A stretch of 61,064 bases of DNA, filler included, from Sphacelaria rigidula (lineage: Eukaryota), in assembly GCA_964200075.2 (NCBI GenBank). It is 10 parts of 10 records of this genome, joined end to end, with 100 filler letters (N's around TTAATTAATTAA, not from the genome) between each part and the next. Parts side by side here need not be neighbours in the genome. Positions count along the whole stretch, not along the records: positions 30,585 to 36,600 come from CAXNAA020022773.1; positions 36,701 to 42,716 come from CAXNAA020022774.1; positions 42,817 to 48,832 come from CAXNAA020022775.1; positions 48,933 to 54,948 come from CAXNAA020022776.1; 6 more parts are not named here. One strand, 5' to 3'. The notes under the pieces are model-generated. The model searched no databases and was not told the origin of the DNA. It saw nothing but the letters and a program-made list of their open reading frames with translations. How positions within the stretch are numbered: position 1 is the stretch's first letter; each line of letters opens with the position of its first letter. The position numbers were made by a program, and so were the translations under genes. This document shows, one piece after another, positions 35,692-49,155 of the stretch.

Positions 35692-36744
35692 GCCCCACGC
35701 CCAAGGTGTCTGGGCAGCATACCTGTCCATTTGTTTTCATTTTCACAGGTGAACCTAGGCTGAACTACGGCGCCGAAAATATGAGCCTGTGAGAGTACCC
35801 TTTTTTGTAGGCAAAAGAGGAGGGTACGCCCTGCTCTCTGCTTAAAGGTTATAGTTTGCCCTTTTTTGTTTTACTGTTGGCTCTTTTTTTGTGAAGTGGT
35901 GACCGTACCACCGTCTCAGCACAAGATACGCCGAGAAGTCACAACCAGCCATTTTCGGTAAAATCACACCCCACGAAAGAAGGCCAAAACCCAACCATCA
36001 GAAGAGTGTATCACCCTTGCTGGTTGGCTTGAAGATCCGAAAGATCCAACGATGAATATAGGTCGCTTGTATGCCGCAGCTCACAAAGATCCAACGAACA
36101 TGGGTGAACATGTTGCCGACACACCGGCCCGAACGACATCATGCGGCGACAACGTCAGACCGTTGCCGGATCTGCAATTTGCGGCTCGGAAGTGGAGATG
36201 GACACCGACCGCATTCCGGATTGGAGGAAGAAGGCCTGAATCTAACAGTGTAGACTGTACATTTGGGTTTTTTTCCTCTGATCGTTGCCGTTGAACCCAC
36301 ACCCCTTCCAGACCAGCGCTCGCGACCGACGGACCACAACCCAAGCCACACGTGCAGAAAACTGAGTGATTATCCACAGTAGCAAAGGTCAACACACTAC
36401 ATCGCCACGGAACAATGAAAATGTCCCCCACAAAAAGTGCTACGCTGCAAGGCGGCGCCGATCATTCACCAAACAGAGAATTCACCTTGGCCCACCCCCA
36501 CAGGAAAGGACGAAAGGCCGGTTAGACACCCATGAGGCAGTGTAACAGCTGTAGCTGTCTCTGGAAGTGGCGATACAAAAAAAAAAAAAAACTCATTGTC
36601 NNNNNNNNNNNNNNNNNNNNNNNNNNNNNNNNNNNNNNNNNNNNTTAATTAATTAANNNNNNNNNNNNNNNNNNNNNNNNNNNNNNNNNNNNNNNNNNNN
36701 GAATCTCATCTCGGAGTTAAACCTCAATTCGCACAATTTGTTTT

Positions 36745-37042
36745 TTAACATCGATGATGCCAGTCTCTCGAGAGTTTGGTAATTGCCGAGCGAGGACACA
36801 CAAAGAACACGGGCGAGGAGCCTTCCTCTCTGTCGCTGCTTCTCTCTCTGGTGGTATCGTTACCGACACGCGAGTACGTCGCATTCGTTAGGTGCACCTG
36901 GCCACAGCTGCTTAACTGCTGCGGACATTTGGGGGAGAAGATGGCTTCGCTCGGTCGTAAGTGTTTCGCGTCATCCCTGCAAAAACAAAATGCCACTTCA
37001 ACCTCATTTTTGAGATGGGCCCCATTTTTCAGGATCCGCTGT
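36745..37042. repeat. Interspersed family D, terminal part (DNA-transposon-like)
   Basis: Reverse complement of 52753-53050; terminus ...TTTCAGGATCCGCTG|TTAA. Other pieces at 30420-30484, 48933-49018 and 55049-55968. Confidence 0.75.
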
Positions 37043-37048
37043 TAAACA

Positions 37049-37262
37049 CCGTGATGTCGTAGGTATCGTAGGTATGACATTTGAAAATACCCGATTGGGC
37101 GGGTACGGTAGGTACCGGTATCTCGAAATACCGTGGTATCGTAGGTATCGTAGGTATGACATTTGAAAACACCCCATTGGACCGGTATCGGTAGGGTATG
37201 ACACGTCCCATACTTCGAAGTATACCAATACCGGGTACCTGCCTTACCCGCTATACCGGTTT
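37049..37262. repeat. GGTATC/GTACC-rich subterminal-type repeat (hAT-like end) with an ~80-bp duplication
   Basis: CGTAGGTATCGTAGGTATGACATTTGAAAA occurs twice; many GGTA/TACC motifs. Confidence 0.55.
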
Positions 37263-39910
37263 CAAAACTTTTTTTTCGGTCTGTAGCCTCTGCCAGACGA
37301 TCTGGACAGAAGGACTTTCAACGAGGGACTCCTCCAGTATCACTGGCCTCGTGCTCGACAAGTCCTTTCTTCTCACCTGATATTACCACGGAGTGATCCA
37401 GAAACAGACCACATCATGAGCCAGACAGCAAGGGGCCACACAGATAAGGGTCATCAATCCAAGATCCCCTGTCCCCTGCCACTGCTCCAACCATGCATGC
37501 AATTATACTCAAACCTACGTCTTGGTATCATTTGGCTACATGTCGAGAAAAAGGGGCGCTTGATTGGTTTATTGGTTGTCGCATATTAATTGACCCCTCA
37601 GGGGTCCAGCCGTGGTCTCATGCGGTGGAATCGATTTGAGCGAAATTCGCTCATTCTTCTCGAATTGGGTCCAGGCGAATTGTCAAGCTTTCGACCGAAA
37701 AAAGACAGTGACATTCGTGAAATGGTACATACATGTGTCATGAAGATGCATAATAGCCTGTTGTCATGCCACTTCAGACCCGCTGTCGAAGTCTGGCTTT
37801 CGGTAATATTGGGAATCCCAGTAGACAAGATTGCAGGTCTCTTCACAGTTGGTCGGGTTCGGATGTGAGCTTGTATATTGGTAAAAGATGGCGAGATTGA
37901 TCGGCTGGGACCGATATAGCTCGCCCATCCTCCACCACTATCAACTGCTCCTCTATTGCCCTCCAGCAAAAGAGGTCTAACTATCGGTGAGACGCATTGG
38001 GTCGAATTGGAATGATTGAGTGGGTACTGAAGTTAGAATCAAGATAATCAAGAGAGAGATGAAGAACCTATTCGCGTGAACCTCGTCTGATATTGCGTTG
38101 AGCTGTGTTCAGCAGTGTGCAGAGCTGTGCCAGCCTGACTATTGCCCGCTGGCCTTGTGAGCCTGTACCTTGGACTACAACCTGTGTCCTTGCATTATAC
38201 TACCGCTTGCTCTTTATTACATTGGTGTTTGACTAAGGAGCTTCTTCTTTGGCTATTGCGTTTCTTTCTTGTACCGCTTTGTATCCCTGGCTGCCAGCTG
38301 TGTACTCCAGCTTTTGATCATTTGCCCCTTTTTCCCTTCAGGATAGTTCTAGTCAAATCTACCGCCCAGGTACTCAGTAGCTCTCGAGCTTCTGCCCCGC
38401 GTGTCTCTCGGTAAAGTGTATTCGTGCCCTGCTACTTGCAGTTGCTGTAGCGCTCGACGGCATAATATATTGTGTGGCCAACGTGGGGTCAACGCGCACT
38501 GCTTGCTAATCTTGCCGTGCGGTCAATTTGACACCACCTGCACAAGGCCCAACGGTATCAGTTGCGTCTGCACGTCTTCGAATTTTTTCGTGATTCACCA
38601 GCCCGGCATGACCACCACACCAAGCCATCGTTGGCTCGTGTATTTGGCCTTGTGGCCCCCTTCCCTTCTGCAGAATAAGTCTTCTACTACAGGTTTGTAC
38701 AGAACACCAGTGCACAAAGGCGCACTGTTGTTCATAGCCAGCCGCTGTCCTTGACCTGAGCTCCTGCCAAGCCGGCACGCTGCTGCTCTCATCTTTCAGT
38801 ATCGATTGTACGCGACTGTTGTATCTTTCCTTCACGAAATTACTGAACAAGTACAGACCGTGTTCACACAGTGTGATAACGGACGTCTGTACACGAACTT
38901 TAGATTGTTCCGGAACTTTACCTTCGTTGCTCGTAGCGACCTTGTTGTTGTTGTAGCTTTAGTTTCGTTGCTTGTGGCTACTTTGTTCTTGTTGTCCTCT
39001 TGTGTACTTCGCACAGCCGTAAGGCCACGTGGTACATCACCGTGGTAAGTAAAAATACACAGCATAACGTACTGTAAGATTTTCTCATTTGACCCCTTCT
39101 CGAACGAACAAATTTATTGTTCCGAGACGGTTTCGTTGAAATACTACTAGTTGAAACATTTCAACCTCCGTTACGTGCTCATTTGAACAGACAGCACTCG
39201 AAATCGGTGCCCCTTGCCTGTGCACTACATATGTTTCGTCACCCGCTCCCAGCGTTGCCCCTGTTGTGCATCACATCACCTTTGTTCCGCATACATACGT
39301 TGTCTCAACTTCGTTGGATAACAAGCCTTCGCTCTGCACTACGCAGCCCGAGTTCGCGGTCTACGACCCAAGCTCTGTAGAAGCTTTTGTGCTGCCTTAC
39401 GCTGCACAGTTTTCGTGCGTATCTGAGAATATATATATATATATATATATATCTTTAGTTCTTTTCATTTGCGCACCGCCAGTCGTTCCTCAACTTGTGC
39501 TGGAATCATACACTTACAGTCTGCCCGTGACGCTACATCCGGAACACGTGCAAGTTGTTCTACCACGTACCAACGCTGCTACAATCAGGTCTCCGCTTGC
39601 CCTCAACGGTATACGTCTGTTCTGTGCACAACCCCGTGCTAGCTATTACCGCCACAACTTGAATAAAGTTGTATTAATCAGACCTCGGGCATAGTTGTTA
39701 CAAACCACAATTCGCTTGAATAAAATACTCAAGTAAATGAGGTCCCACGGTCCCCTCAGGCGCTATTAGGCTTCATTATTCAGTATTTTCCGGATTAAGC
39801 GTCGGCTTCTGCACGTAGCATCACTCGGTGCCACGCTCCTTTGATTAGAGCCCGCAGATCAGACATACTGCACCTTCCCTTTTTGAGCACAAAGGCTGCG
39901 TACGATTATC

Positions 39911-42716
39911 ATGTCGCACAGAAATAACGCTGGCTCTTCCCCTCAAATAGGAAACCAACCATTTCGCCGGACCCGGAGTCAAACTACTGGCGGTTCGAAA
40001 TCTTTCAAGATGAGCGGCACGCCACCTTCAACACATCGCCGCACGTATGCGAGTGCTGTCCGTTCTTCGGGATCTGAAGACCAACATTCGAGCGAAGCTC
40101 ATTCTTCAACGCTTGAAGATCAGACTTTGACGCTGAGACCTGTTCTCTCACGTTCCGACCCGGACTCGGAGAACATGGTAGTGCAACCGGCCGAGTCATT
40201 GGTTCCTGACGAACATGTCAGTGAGCCCACAACGGTGGATTCCGTCGCACACCCCTCGCTGGCCCCTGCTCCCCCGAATCCCAATGTGGAATCCGGAGTT
40301 AGGATTGTGCCCTCAGTCGAGTCGTTGCCCTTGGACACACGTGTCCAGCTCGGCCCTGTCACGGTTGCTTCAACCGTGGCAGTCCGTCGCTTGACGGCTG
40401 ACAACTCTCGAGACGATTCTGTCCCGACGAAGCGCATCGCTTCTGGAGCAAGAGACTTTGTCACACGGGCTGCTTCCGTTACGGACCCCCTTCGCACGAC
40501 TCTTGATAGTCCCATGCCCCCTACTGCGCAGTCCAATGTCGGACCTGCAGTTGCGGCCATGCATGCTGCCATGCAAACTCTGCATCGCACTTCCTCGGCG
40601 TCATCGCCATCGCCAGCACCAGCTCTCATCGAGGAATTCACGGCTTTTTGCCACGCCACGCTCCGAGACCAGTCGGCGTCTGCTCATGTGCAATTCGATG
40701 ATGACTCTGCACCCGCCACGACCAAACCCGTACGTCTGGCGACCCGTTCCGCGACATCGCGTCCTCCGTTCGTCACTCATGATAAATTCAACGAACATGA
40801 GGCCAGCCCTTCCTCAACGTCGCAGCAGAGCCATACTCGCGCTTCTGACCGGCGCCGCACACCGAGACTTGGTCATGACCATGTCTCCCGTTCAAGCACT
40901 TCTAAAGGCCACTCCCAGCAAAGCTTGAGTTCATCGCGCGCTTCCATACGCCCGAAGAATATCGCTGATGGACACAAATATGAAGGTAGCTCACGCCATA
41001 GTTCCAATTCATCCCGCGCTCCTAAGCGCCCGGTGAACACTAACCATGGCCGTACTCACGAGGATGGCTTGCGGCCCAGATCAAGTTCTTCGCGCGTTAA
41101 CTCGCGCTTGAACAACTCCGAGCATGCACCTTCGCGCATCTCTACTGCTCAGCCTTTGTCACACAACCGTTATGTACGCAATGATAACACTGTGCATGCT
41201 GTGACGATATCCAAAACATATTTTCGGACATGTCACCGGCTCCGGAATCCTCACTTGCAGGATCCGACCGCACCTCATCGCACAATCGACGACAACGCAC
41301 TGACCGCGAACCACTTTCCCGTTCCGACGCTGCGCTTATTCGTTCTCTGCGACAACGTTTGACAGATGTCGAACAGCAACTAGCGACAGTAACTATGGAC
41401 GCCCAACGCACTACCACTACTGCCACCAAGACCATTCGCGCTCCCGCAGCTACTGCTGCCGCTACCGCGACTGCTGCGCCTGCGGCCTCCCCTGCGCCGG
41501 CTCATACAACCGCCGCCGCTCCGCCTGCTATCGACACGGATGCCGATAGCGGCTCCACCACAGCCTCTGTGCGCCCCCCCCCATCCGTGGAGGTTCTCCC
41601 TCCGCTTGGCGATGAGCACTGCCCCACCGGCCTGCTCTTACGCCTGTTTACCAACCGGCCACGCGCTGAACAGCAACAACTCATCGCTGACTATGAGTCG
41701 CAGGAGCTTGTGCTGACGCAAAACATCCTCGGCAAACAACGCGACGCCGACACCGCCGCGTCTCGCCCCCTTCTGGAGGAGCACGAGAGTACCCTCAAGG
41801 ACCTCCAGCGCCAGGCCTCCCTTGCTCAATCCACGAGCACGGCGGCTCAACGAGCGCTCGACGAAGGCCGTACTGCTGCTACGTCGGCTCAAAGACGGGT
41901 TCGTCAACTTGAAGATCATGTTCAGCGGGCCGCCCAAGCAGCGGCTTCGTCGGCGGCCCGCCTAACTGATCACCAGGCCGCTCCGCCTTCCACCGACAAC
42001 TTGTTCAGGCCCCACCTGCCGGCGTCCAACAGAGCGACGTATGTCATTCCTCGCAAGTCCAACAGGACGTCGCCTGCTGCGGCCGCTGCCGCCGCCGCCA
42101 CGACGCCTCCGACACCGCCGCGTCACGGAGTTGGCTCGGTGCCGCACACAGCTTCTCCGTCGAACTTGCGACTGGTGTCTCACGAACGAGAATGGCTTTC
42201 TCGTCCTGTGTCAACCTATACCGGTCCCTTCGACCGGCGAAACCATCTGCACTGCTCCCCAACCGCATGGACCTTGATATCCCAACGTATTTTTTACACG
42301 GTTGGGGTGTATGTCGAACAGAACGGCTTCCTCCCCAAGGCATGCGTGTCGGTGCTCACCTTGGGCCAACTAGTTTTGCAGACTACCATTGACGATCACG
42401 AGGACCACCACACTTACGTTCGAGCGGTCGAGGAACTTTTTGCCGCGCTTCGCGCCGCTGACAACACTCATCCCGGCGCTACCCTCAACGGAGACAAAGA
42501 TGAAGATGGGTGGACTCCCGCAACATCCAACTGCCGGGGACAGAAGAAAAACCACCGGCGCGACGACGATGATACCGATGGAGGGAATTCACGCCGCCGC
42601 CATGGCGGTGGAGGATCTTCTTCAAGCAGTTCCGGACCGAACCGCCCGCCCCGCAAGCCGAAAGGCAAGCACACTGGAGGCAACTCTTCCGGCTCATCCG
42701 CATCGGCCTGGAACCG
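39911..42716 (+). pseudogene. Long intronless Ser/Arg/Ala/Pro-rich, coiled-coil ORF (likely retroelement gag/ORF1), frameshifted near 41200, cut by contig end
   Basis: Overlapping 483-aa and ~495-aa ORFs in different frames; coiled-coil LKDLQRQASL...VRQLEDHVQR; no recognisable domain. Confidence 0.45.
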
Positions 42717-45649
42717 NNNNNNNNNNNNNNNNNNNNNNNNNNNNNNNNNNNNNNNNNNNNTTAATTAATTAANNNNNNNNNNNNNNNNNNNNNNNNNNNN
42801 NNNNNNNNNNNNNNNNGTGCGCGCGTCTCACGCGAATCATCATATCTCACGGAATTCTGAACCGATTTGAGCAAGGTCACGCACAGTGTGCTCAGCTGAT
42901 GAGCAGCAATGACTGGAGCGGTGTGTTTCGGTTTGGGAGGGCAATGCGGTCTTCAGGTTCACATTTGATTGTCTTGGCTTATCTGTCAAGACTTCGGTTA
43001 TGCCCCTGTCAACGGGATGTTTTATGTTCTCGTTCGAGGTTCCACAAAATCACTTTTTAAAAAGTGATTTCTTGGCACTTTTCGGGGGGGGGGGGGGGGG
43101 GGGGTTCCGCAACAACCAATCACCGGGTTTTTTTCACAAAAGTGTTTTTCTTAAAAAGAATAANNNNNNNNNNTGTTGTGTAGGGTGTGGTTGGGGTGTG
43201 GGGGGGGGGGGGGGGGGGGGGGGGTGGTATCGCAGCAACCAATCATCGGTCGTTTTTCACAAAAGTGATTTCCTGAAAAGTGATAATCACTTCTGATAAG
43301 ACCCCGCCTGATTGGTCAAAATGGTCATCCCACGCCACTCGGGTCTCGTGCACGAGTCATAACTTTCCGCGAGAAACTTCCACACACATGGTTGACTCCG
43401 TGAGCTTCTCCGATGCTCCGCGGAGAGACCCCCCCCCTCAAAACCACCCCCCCCGAGCCCTGGAAACCCCCGGATGTCTCGGGATTGTCCGCCTGTACAT
43501 CTGTTCCGAGGCGACGCTTGTCGTCTAAGGGTAAAGCGCGCTTTCGGGGCTAAAGCCTATTGGTCGGTGACTCTTTTTTTTGGCCTATTTTGGGGGGTGC
43601 AGCCATAACCGTTTGAAAAAGGAAAGTCAAGTTCCTCCGCATATCGCGCCGGTGTCTGACTTCGGCGCATATTGCAACGTCCTCAAGTTTTGACCCTTTG
43701 ACCCACAACCGCAAGAGCTTGGGATGTCTACGTCTGGTGGTGTCTATACTTTATAAGAAATGCAGTGCACTGTGCTTCTGTGGTCGAGAAATGAAAAGGC
43801 CTCTCGCACGTCAGAAATACCATGCCATGTCGAGTGTCGAGGGGCATACAACGTACGAGTACCCTTTCCGAACACCACGGTGGGTGCATATGCTTGTGGG
43901 AAATGGAGCCGACACGCCGTACTCCGCAAGAAGTATCACGATACATCAGAGCCTATGGGGCAAACACGCTAGTCGGAAGTCGATGGTTTCGCAATTCTAG
44001 AGGGGCATGTTGTCGACAGACGGCTGAACTCGGTAAACTACTGTCTGTGCTTCACTGTGTGGATCACACTGACCTCCTTGGCTTGATGCACCCGTTTTGC
44101 GGAGAATGTCACGCAGTAATTTTGAAGTATCACGCCCTTTCCTGTGCTTCGCGAGACTAACTCCCCTTGTCTTGGTCCTGCCACACTTCGATTAGTCCAT
44201 GCACACCGAAATATTCTGCGGCCAGCTTTCTATGGATGGAAAGGGGCAATGTCGTGAAGACTGTTCGGCTGTGGTTCCGTGCCCATGGGGTATCCTCTGC
44301 ATCGAAGGAAATTGAACGCACTGAATTAAATTTACCGTGGGAAAGTGTTATTTTCGGGCACACAAGCTGTGCGGTTTTCAGCCAGTGTTACGCCGGGAGT
44401 TAGTATCACGTTTCCCAACACCACCGCGCAGATATCGGAACGGTTTTTTAATGTAAAGACAACCCCAAAAATGGAGACGCGATGGAGTCAAAGAAGTGTA
44501 CACATAATTATATTGCAAAAAAAGTAATATGAAGCTGTAGTATGTATCTGAATCTACATTCTTATCGCAGTCTGGCTCAATTCCACGCGGTACAGCTCAC
44601 AAACCAGCGATTGATACCCCGAACGTCAACGAGAAAGCGTTTTTTAGTACATTTTGGCGGTTTGCAAAGGGATGTGGGCTCCGCGCCACGCGTTGTTGAG
44701 GTGAACAGCCGTTTCAGTGTAGTCTACAGTACTGATCAGCTACGGTGCAAAGGTATCCGTCTTCACGGGTTGTGACAGTTACATGCGGTGGGATTTGATA
44801 CCATAGTAGGCGTACGTCTTGTACCTACTACGTACGCAGTTTTTACTTGTCACGGTGTTGAGGTAGCCACACCCAGTCACTTCTTTCTCTCCCTTCTCTT
44901 CCCTTCCTTGTCTTGCTTCGTCAAGCTATGTAATACTACTCTTCTACAACAACGTGATTGGCTCAGCCGTGTCCTTTGATCAACTTCATCAGTCGTGTCT
45001 AGCTGTCCCTGTTTACGGATCACGTATCAAGGAACACGCGTTACGGAAGCCGCCCGGCACTGAAAATTTATGGTGTGTGGGAAGCGCGCGCATCAAACCG
45101 CACTCCAATACTTTGCTTCGTTGCCGAGATACCTGCGTTGAAAAATCATCACTTGCGGCTTCAGGAACAGCAGCGTTTATCGAGGTGAAAGATGGGAATC
45201 CTCAAAAAAAGCTCGGTGTTTGGAAACTAAAAAAAAAGCGAACTTACGCGCAGCATGGACGAAGTACAAGGAAAAAACGTTCAAGACTTATCCTGTGCCT
45301 TCTTGACAGTCGCGCGCAAGGCCAAGGCGGCGCCTCAACGCGCGGAAAAGGCTGAAAAAGAACTCAAGGCGACCACCGAAAGGCTCAACGCGGTCACCGA
45401 AAATCTTGATGCGTCTGTTCCATGTCAGAGTGTTAAATGCAGCGCGTAAGCTACGCCGGTGCGCCCAATTTTTATTGCGGTCCTTCGGCCCTTTCACAGT
45501 CGGGAGACACGATGATGTTTTCCGTAACTGACTGTGAATACTAATAATAACAATATGTGAACAATGCAACATGGGGCAAGCTTCGTTTTGAAGGGAATGT
45601 GTATGTATCTTCCCTCCTGCCATGTGGTGCTTATTTCTTGTAAGCGCTT

Positions 45650-46020
45650 GTGTGTGTGTTGTGTGTTGTCGTCCCATTTATTCTGGGCACCAGTCTACAC
45701 CTTTCGGTATATGTGGGCGCATCAGCCGGGGTCACACAGGAGGAAGGTCAACACAGGAACCTTTTTTTTCTTGCTTCTTTGTTTTTACTACCCCACCTTC
45801 CTTCTGCGGTGCTTGCCTTTTTATTTGTTTTTATCGCGAGAGGGGTGCAGCAGTCCCTTTCCCTCGTCGACCGTTAAGTCGAATTTTGTGTACCCACGGC
45901 ATAGTCGCTCTCCACTGTTGGGCATGGTGTGAGAAAAGGTTCCAGATCGCTCCGGGAATCGAACCCCCTACTCAACCATCAGAAGGCTACGAGGTTGCCG
46001 GCTGAGCCAACGGGGCGACC
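45650..46020 (-). mobile_element. SINE family A, full-length copy
   Basis: tRNA-like head (TTGGCTCAGCCGG; GGTTCGATTCCC), unique body and 3' AATAAATGGGACGAC(AAC/AC)n tail. Confidence 0.88.
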
Positions 46021-46292
46021 GTGTGTACAAGAGGCAATACATTCTCCCAACATAGTGTACCACGAACCATTTAGTTTGTTCTGATCAAAATCGGCTGTGT
46101 TGTGTCTACGCTGTCGAGCGCACAAGCCAGGGCCTCAAGCGCGGTGTTTTCTATGTTCGATGCACTGTCTTTGACAGACCGACGACAACTATGACGTTTG
46201 CTGTCACTACTGTACTGCCTGTGCACATTGATAACAGGAAAACAGAAGAAGGAAACTATTATATGGGACTGGACAGGCGGGGTACTTTGGAC

Positions 46293-48832
46293 TGTGGCGA
46301 AAATCACGCCGTCATGGTTGAGTATATGGTGGATCCTGGATGATGACCAGGGACAAGGACAAGGGCATTCTGTGTATGACGATCCTTGCTGTGTAGCCCA
46401 GGCCTGATGGTAGGGGCCTGCAGGTTTTTACTCCGAATAATGATAACGTGTTGTAAAGGCTGACAACTGAGACCTCGAGGCCAGTGGAGCTGGGGAGTCC
46501 CTCAACAACATTTAGACGCTGCAGTACTAGCAACCTGCTAGTGTCACAATATCGATATTAGTGCTAGTGCTAGGCGTGCAAGTGGATGCTATCGTTTCAG
46601 GTTGCCGAAAATTTTCAGCAGGGAGACGTCTGGACAGCTTGTAATTAGCTTCGGGCAAAGAGCTTCACGGACGCGTGAGGAGGCTTCAAGCCGACGTAGC
46701 TGCAAAGGCGGCTGGCCCGTGATTGATCCAGACTGGAGACTTGCTGGAGCTGCGTACAGCGGGTGTTTATTCGACCCCAGGGCTGTGTTGGAGCGGCGCA
46801 GAAAGCAGGTGTGATCTGAAGTTCGAGAATGTTTTACAAATCTTCAATTTTTCGTTCGAGAATGTCGACTAGTGAGGTATGTAGAGACCAAGCCACCATT
46901 GTTACCTAAGGCCAGGGACATTGTAGGTGGAGTTGCGGGTATGATTGCCGGACTCTGTGATGATGACCTCCATGGCGAGTAGGCTTGATTTTGCCACTCT
47001 GGTGGAGAGAGGCTATGTGGTCCTGTTCTCCTGTACTATGCTGAGGGTTAATACATAAATAACTAAAGCTGCTGAAGTCCATGTGCCCGTGATGGGAGGA
47101 GTCCAAATGGCAATCTGATCTTGAGTGACAGAGGTCTATAATGAACGTTCATTACGTCCGCTGAGGCGGTAGTTTCGCTGAAAAGCAGCTGACATTTCAA
47201 GATAGGGAAGTCTGCAGGCCTGATCAGTTTGCAGCAAACGAGACCAGCTTAGGGCGTATTAACGTCGCGAAGAGTTGGAGAAGTAGAGCCGAGGAGGTTA
47301 TGAGGCAGTGCTAGGGCGGGCTGTGGTATCGCTCGTGCGTGAGGTGCGGGCGGTCGATCGACAACTGGCGAGCCCAAGATCGTTCCAGAAAAGCGGCAAA
47401 ATTACTGCCTAGTGGAGTCAGCGAGAGTTGCTTGTTCCACGCTTGGCCAGGTACGGCCAGGAAGAGGAGTCTAAGGACTTCAAGCACGTGGTGAGACCTG
47501 CGTGAGGAACAGGCGCTGTGGCCATTGTCTTTGTAAGGTGGTACAGCGCGTCTCGGTATAAAAGGAAAGAGTTGTTGTTCCTGTGAGTGGGAGGCAACTT
47601 CGTTTTTCAAAAAGGCGTGTGGAGTGCTGTACTGCTGACCGAAATGTACGAGGTGCAGAAGTATATCGCGGTGGACGGCCATGTTGTTCGTGCGCCGCAA
47701 CAATATGTTGTCGTCGATGGTCGCGCTGTCCGTGTACGATTTCTGGATATGCCCTACTACGGTCGCAAGTGCTTCAGTGAAAAATGTGCTCAGTTTCTGC
47801 GGAAGTATGAGGACTACCTTCGTGAGGTGCACGTAACGAACGAGCATTCAGCACCCTGGCACGTTGTTGAGGAGCCAGCGGTCTCTGACCTCATGCCCGC
47901 ACATATCGAGTACTGTCTATCTGACACATTTTTGGATGGTGCGAATGATGTTGGGCAAGAGCAACTCCTCTTTGCGCTGCGCAAGCATGCGTCTTATGCA
48001 TCGCCGAGTGTGGTGCAAGATAGTGTGAAGGTCGCCGGCGGTAGAGACAGGCACGACGGTGCACCCGCCGAACGTGCAGTAGGTGCTGCGCGTTTGAAAC
48101 AACGATACAGGGCAGCTGCTTGCCCTGTGACAGCCGAGAAACATGTGTCTGCCCGAGGGGTCAGGCACGACAGTGCACCCGCCGAACGTGCAGTAGGTGC
48201 TGCGCGTTTGAAACCACAATACAGGGCAGATGCTTACACTGTGAAAGCCGAGAAGCATGTGTCTGCCCGAGGGGATAGATGCGATAGTGCAACCGCTGAA
48301 CGTGCAGTCGGTAGGGCGCGTCTTCACCCACGATACAGGGCAGCTGTTTCCACTGTGCAGAGCGGGAAGGAGACACAGCACGTGTCTATCGAAGCGGGGA
48401 GGCATGAGTACGCGCCCGCCGAAAGTATCACGGTAATAATTGGTTTGGATGCTGCTGGTATTTCTGCTGGAGAGGGCGAATATGTCACGCCGCTCGAGCA
48501 GACTGCAGGCCGCTCAGCTGCCGCTGTTGCAGTTCAGGAGTGCGCTGAGCAGGAGGTGGCGGCTGTAGCGAGTATGGGTGATACTGCTGCTGCTGTTGGC
48601 GATAGTGAGAGGGCGGGGCCTACATGGGCCAATGAACAAGTACTGGTGAGCGGAGGTCCCGGTTGCTTGTTGCCGCCGGACCAGCGCGAAGCTGGAAATA
48701 TTCCTTGCATGCTCCACACGTGGCCACTGGGGGGAGGCTCCAGGACCTTGCAGGCACCTTGCGCAACCTGGCCCGGCAAGGTAGGTTATCCACCTTTGGC
48801 AAGGTGGAGGTTGCGCAAGGTACGTTGCACAA
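46293..48832 (+). mobile_element. 5' part of a Gypsy element related to 32181-35691 (LTR 46293-46548, leader, gag-like ORF)
   Basis: LTR TGTGGCG...GTGTCACA shares TGTTGTAAAGGCTGAC and CTGGGGAGTCCCTCAACA, and has the same downstream ATATCGATA.TAGTGCTAGTGCTAGG. ORF from 47587 contains gag-like FLRKYEDYLREV...VSDLMP. Confidence 0.8.
48040..48423 (+). repeat. 114-bp (38-aa) coding tandem repeat x~3 in the gag-like ORF
   Basis: GCCGAACGTGCAG-like motif at 48067, 48181 and 48295; RHDxAPAERAVGAARLKxxYRA...AEKHVSARG units. Confidence 0.85.
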
Positions 48833-49119
48833 NNNNNNNNNNNNNNNNNNNNNNNNNNNNNNNNNNNNNNNNNNNNTTAATTAATTAANNNNNNNNNNNN
48901 NNNNNNNNNNNNNNNNNNNNNNNNNNNNNNNNGTGTTTCGGGTCTTCCGTGCCAGACAGATATGCCACTTCAACCCCATATTTTGTATGAACCCCAAAAA
49001 TATATAATCGGCTGTTAAAACGTGCCGCAGTGCAGCAAGGGACTCAGTATATTTAAAATAGACAGGTGGTGCCGATTTTCGTTTGTATAGACTTCAGGGA
49101 CGCAAGTGCTGGTTTGAGG

Positions 49120-49155
49120 TGTGACGGTTTAAGAGTAGTCTCTTAAACCGTCACA
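49120..49155. mobile_element. 36-bp perfect hairpin with TGT...ACA ends and 4-bp TSD
   Basis: GAGG|TGTGACGGTTTAAGAG-TAGT-CTCTTAAACCGTCACA|GAGG. Confidence 0.7.

Noticed and set aside
48040..48423. Link between the 114-bp gag repeat and the 114-bp EsV-1-7 repeat
   Set aside because: Same period, but no sequence similarity and no Cys/His framework.
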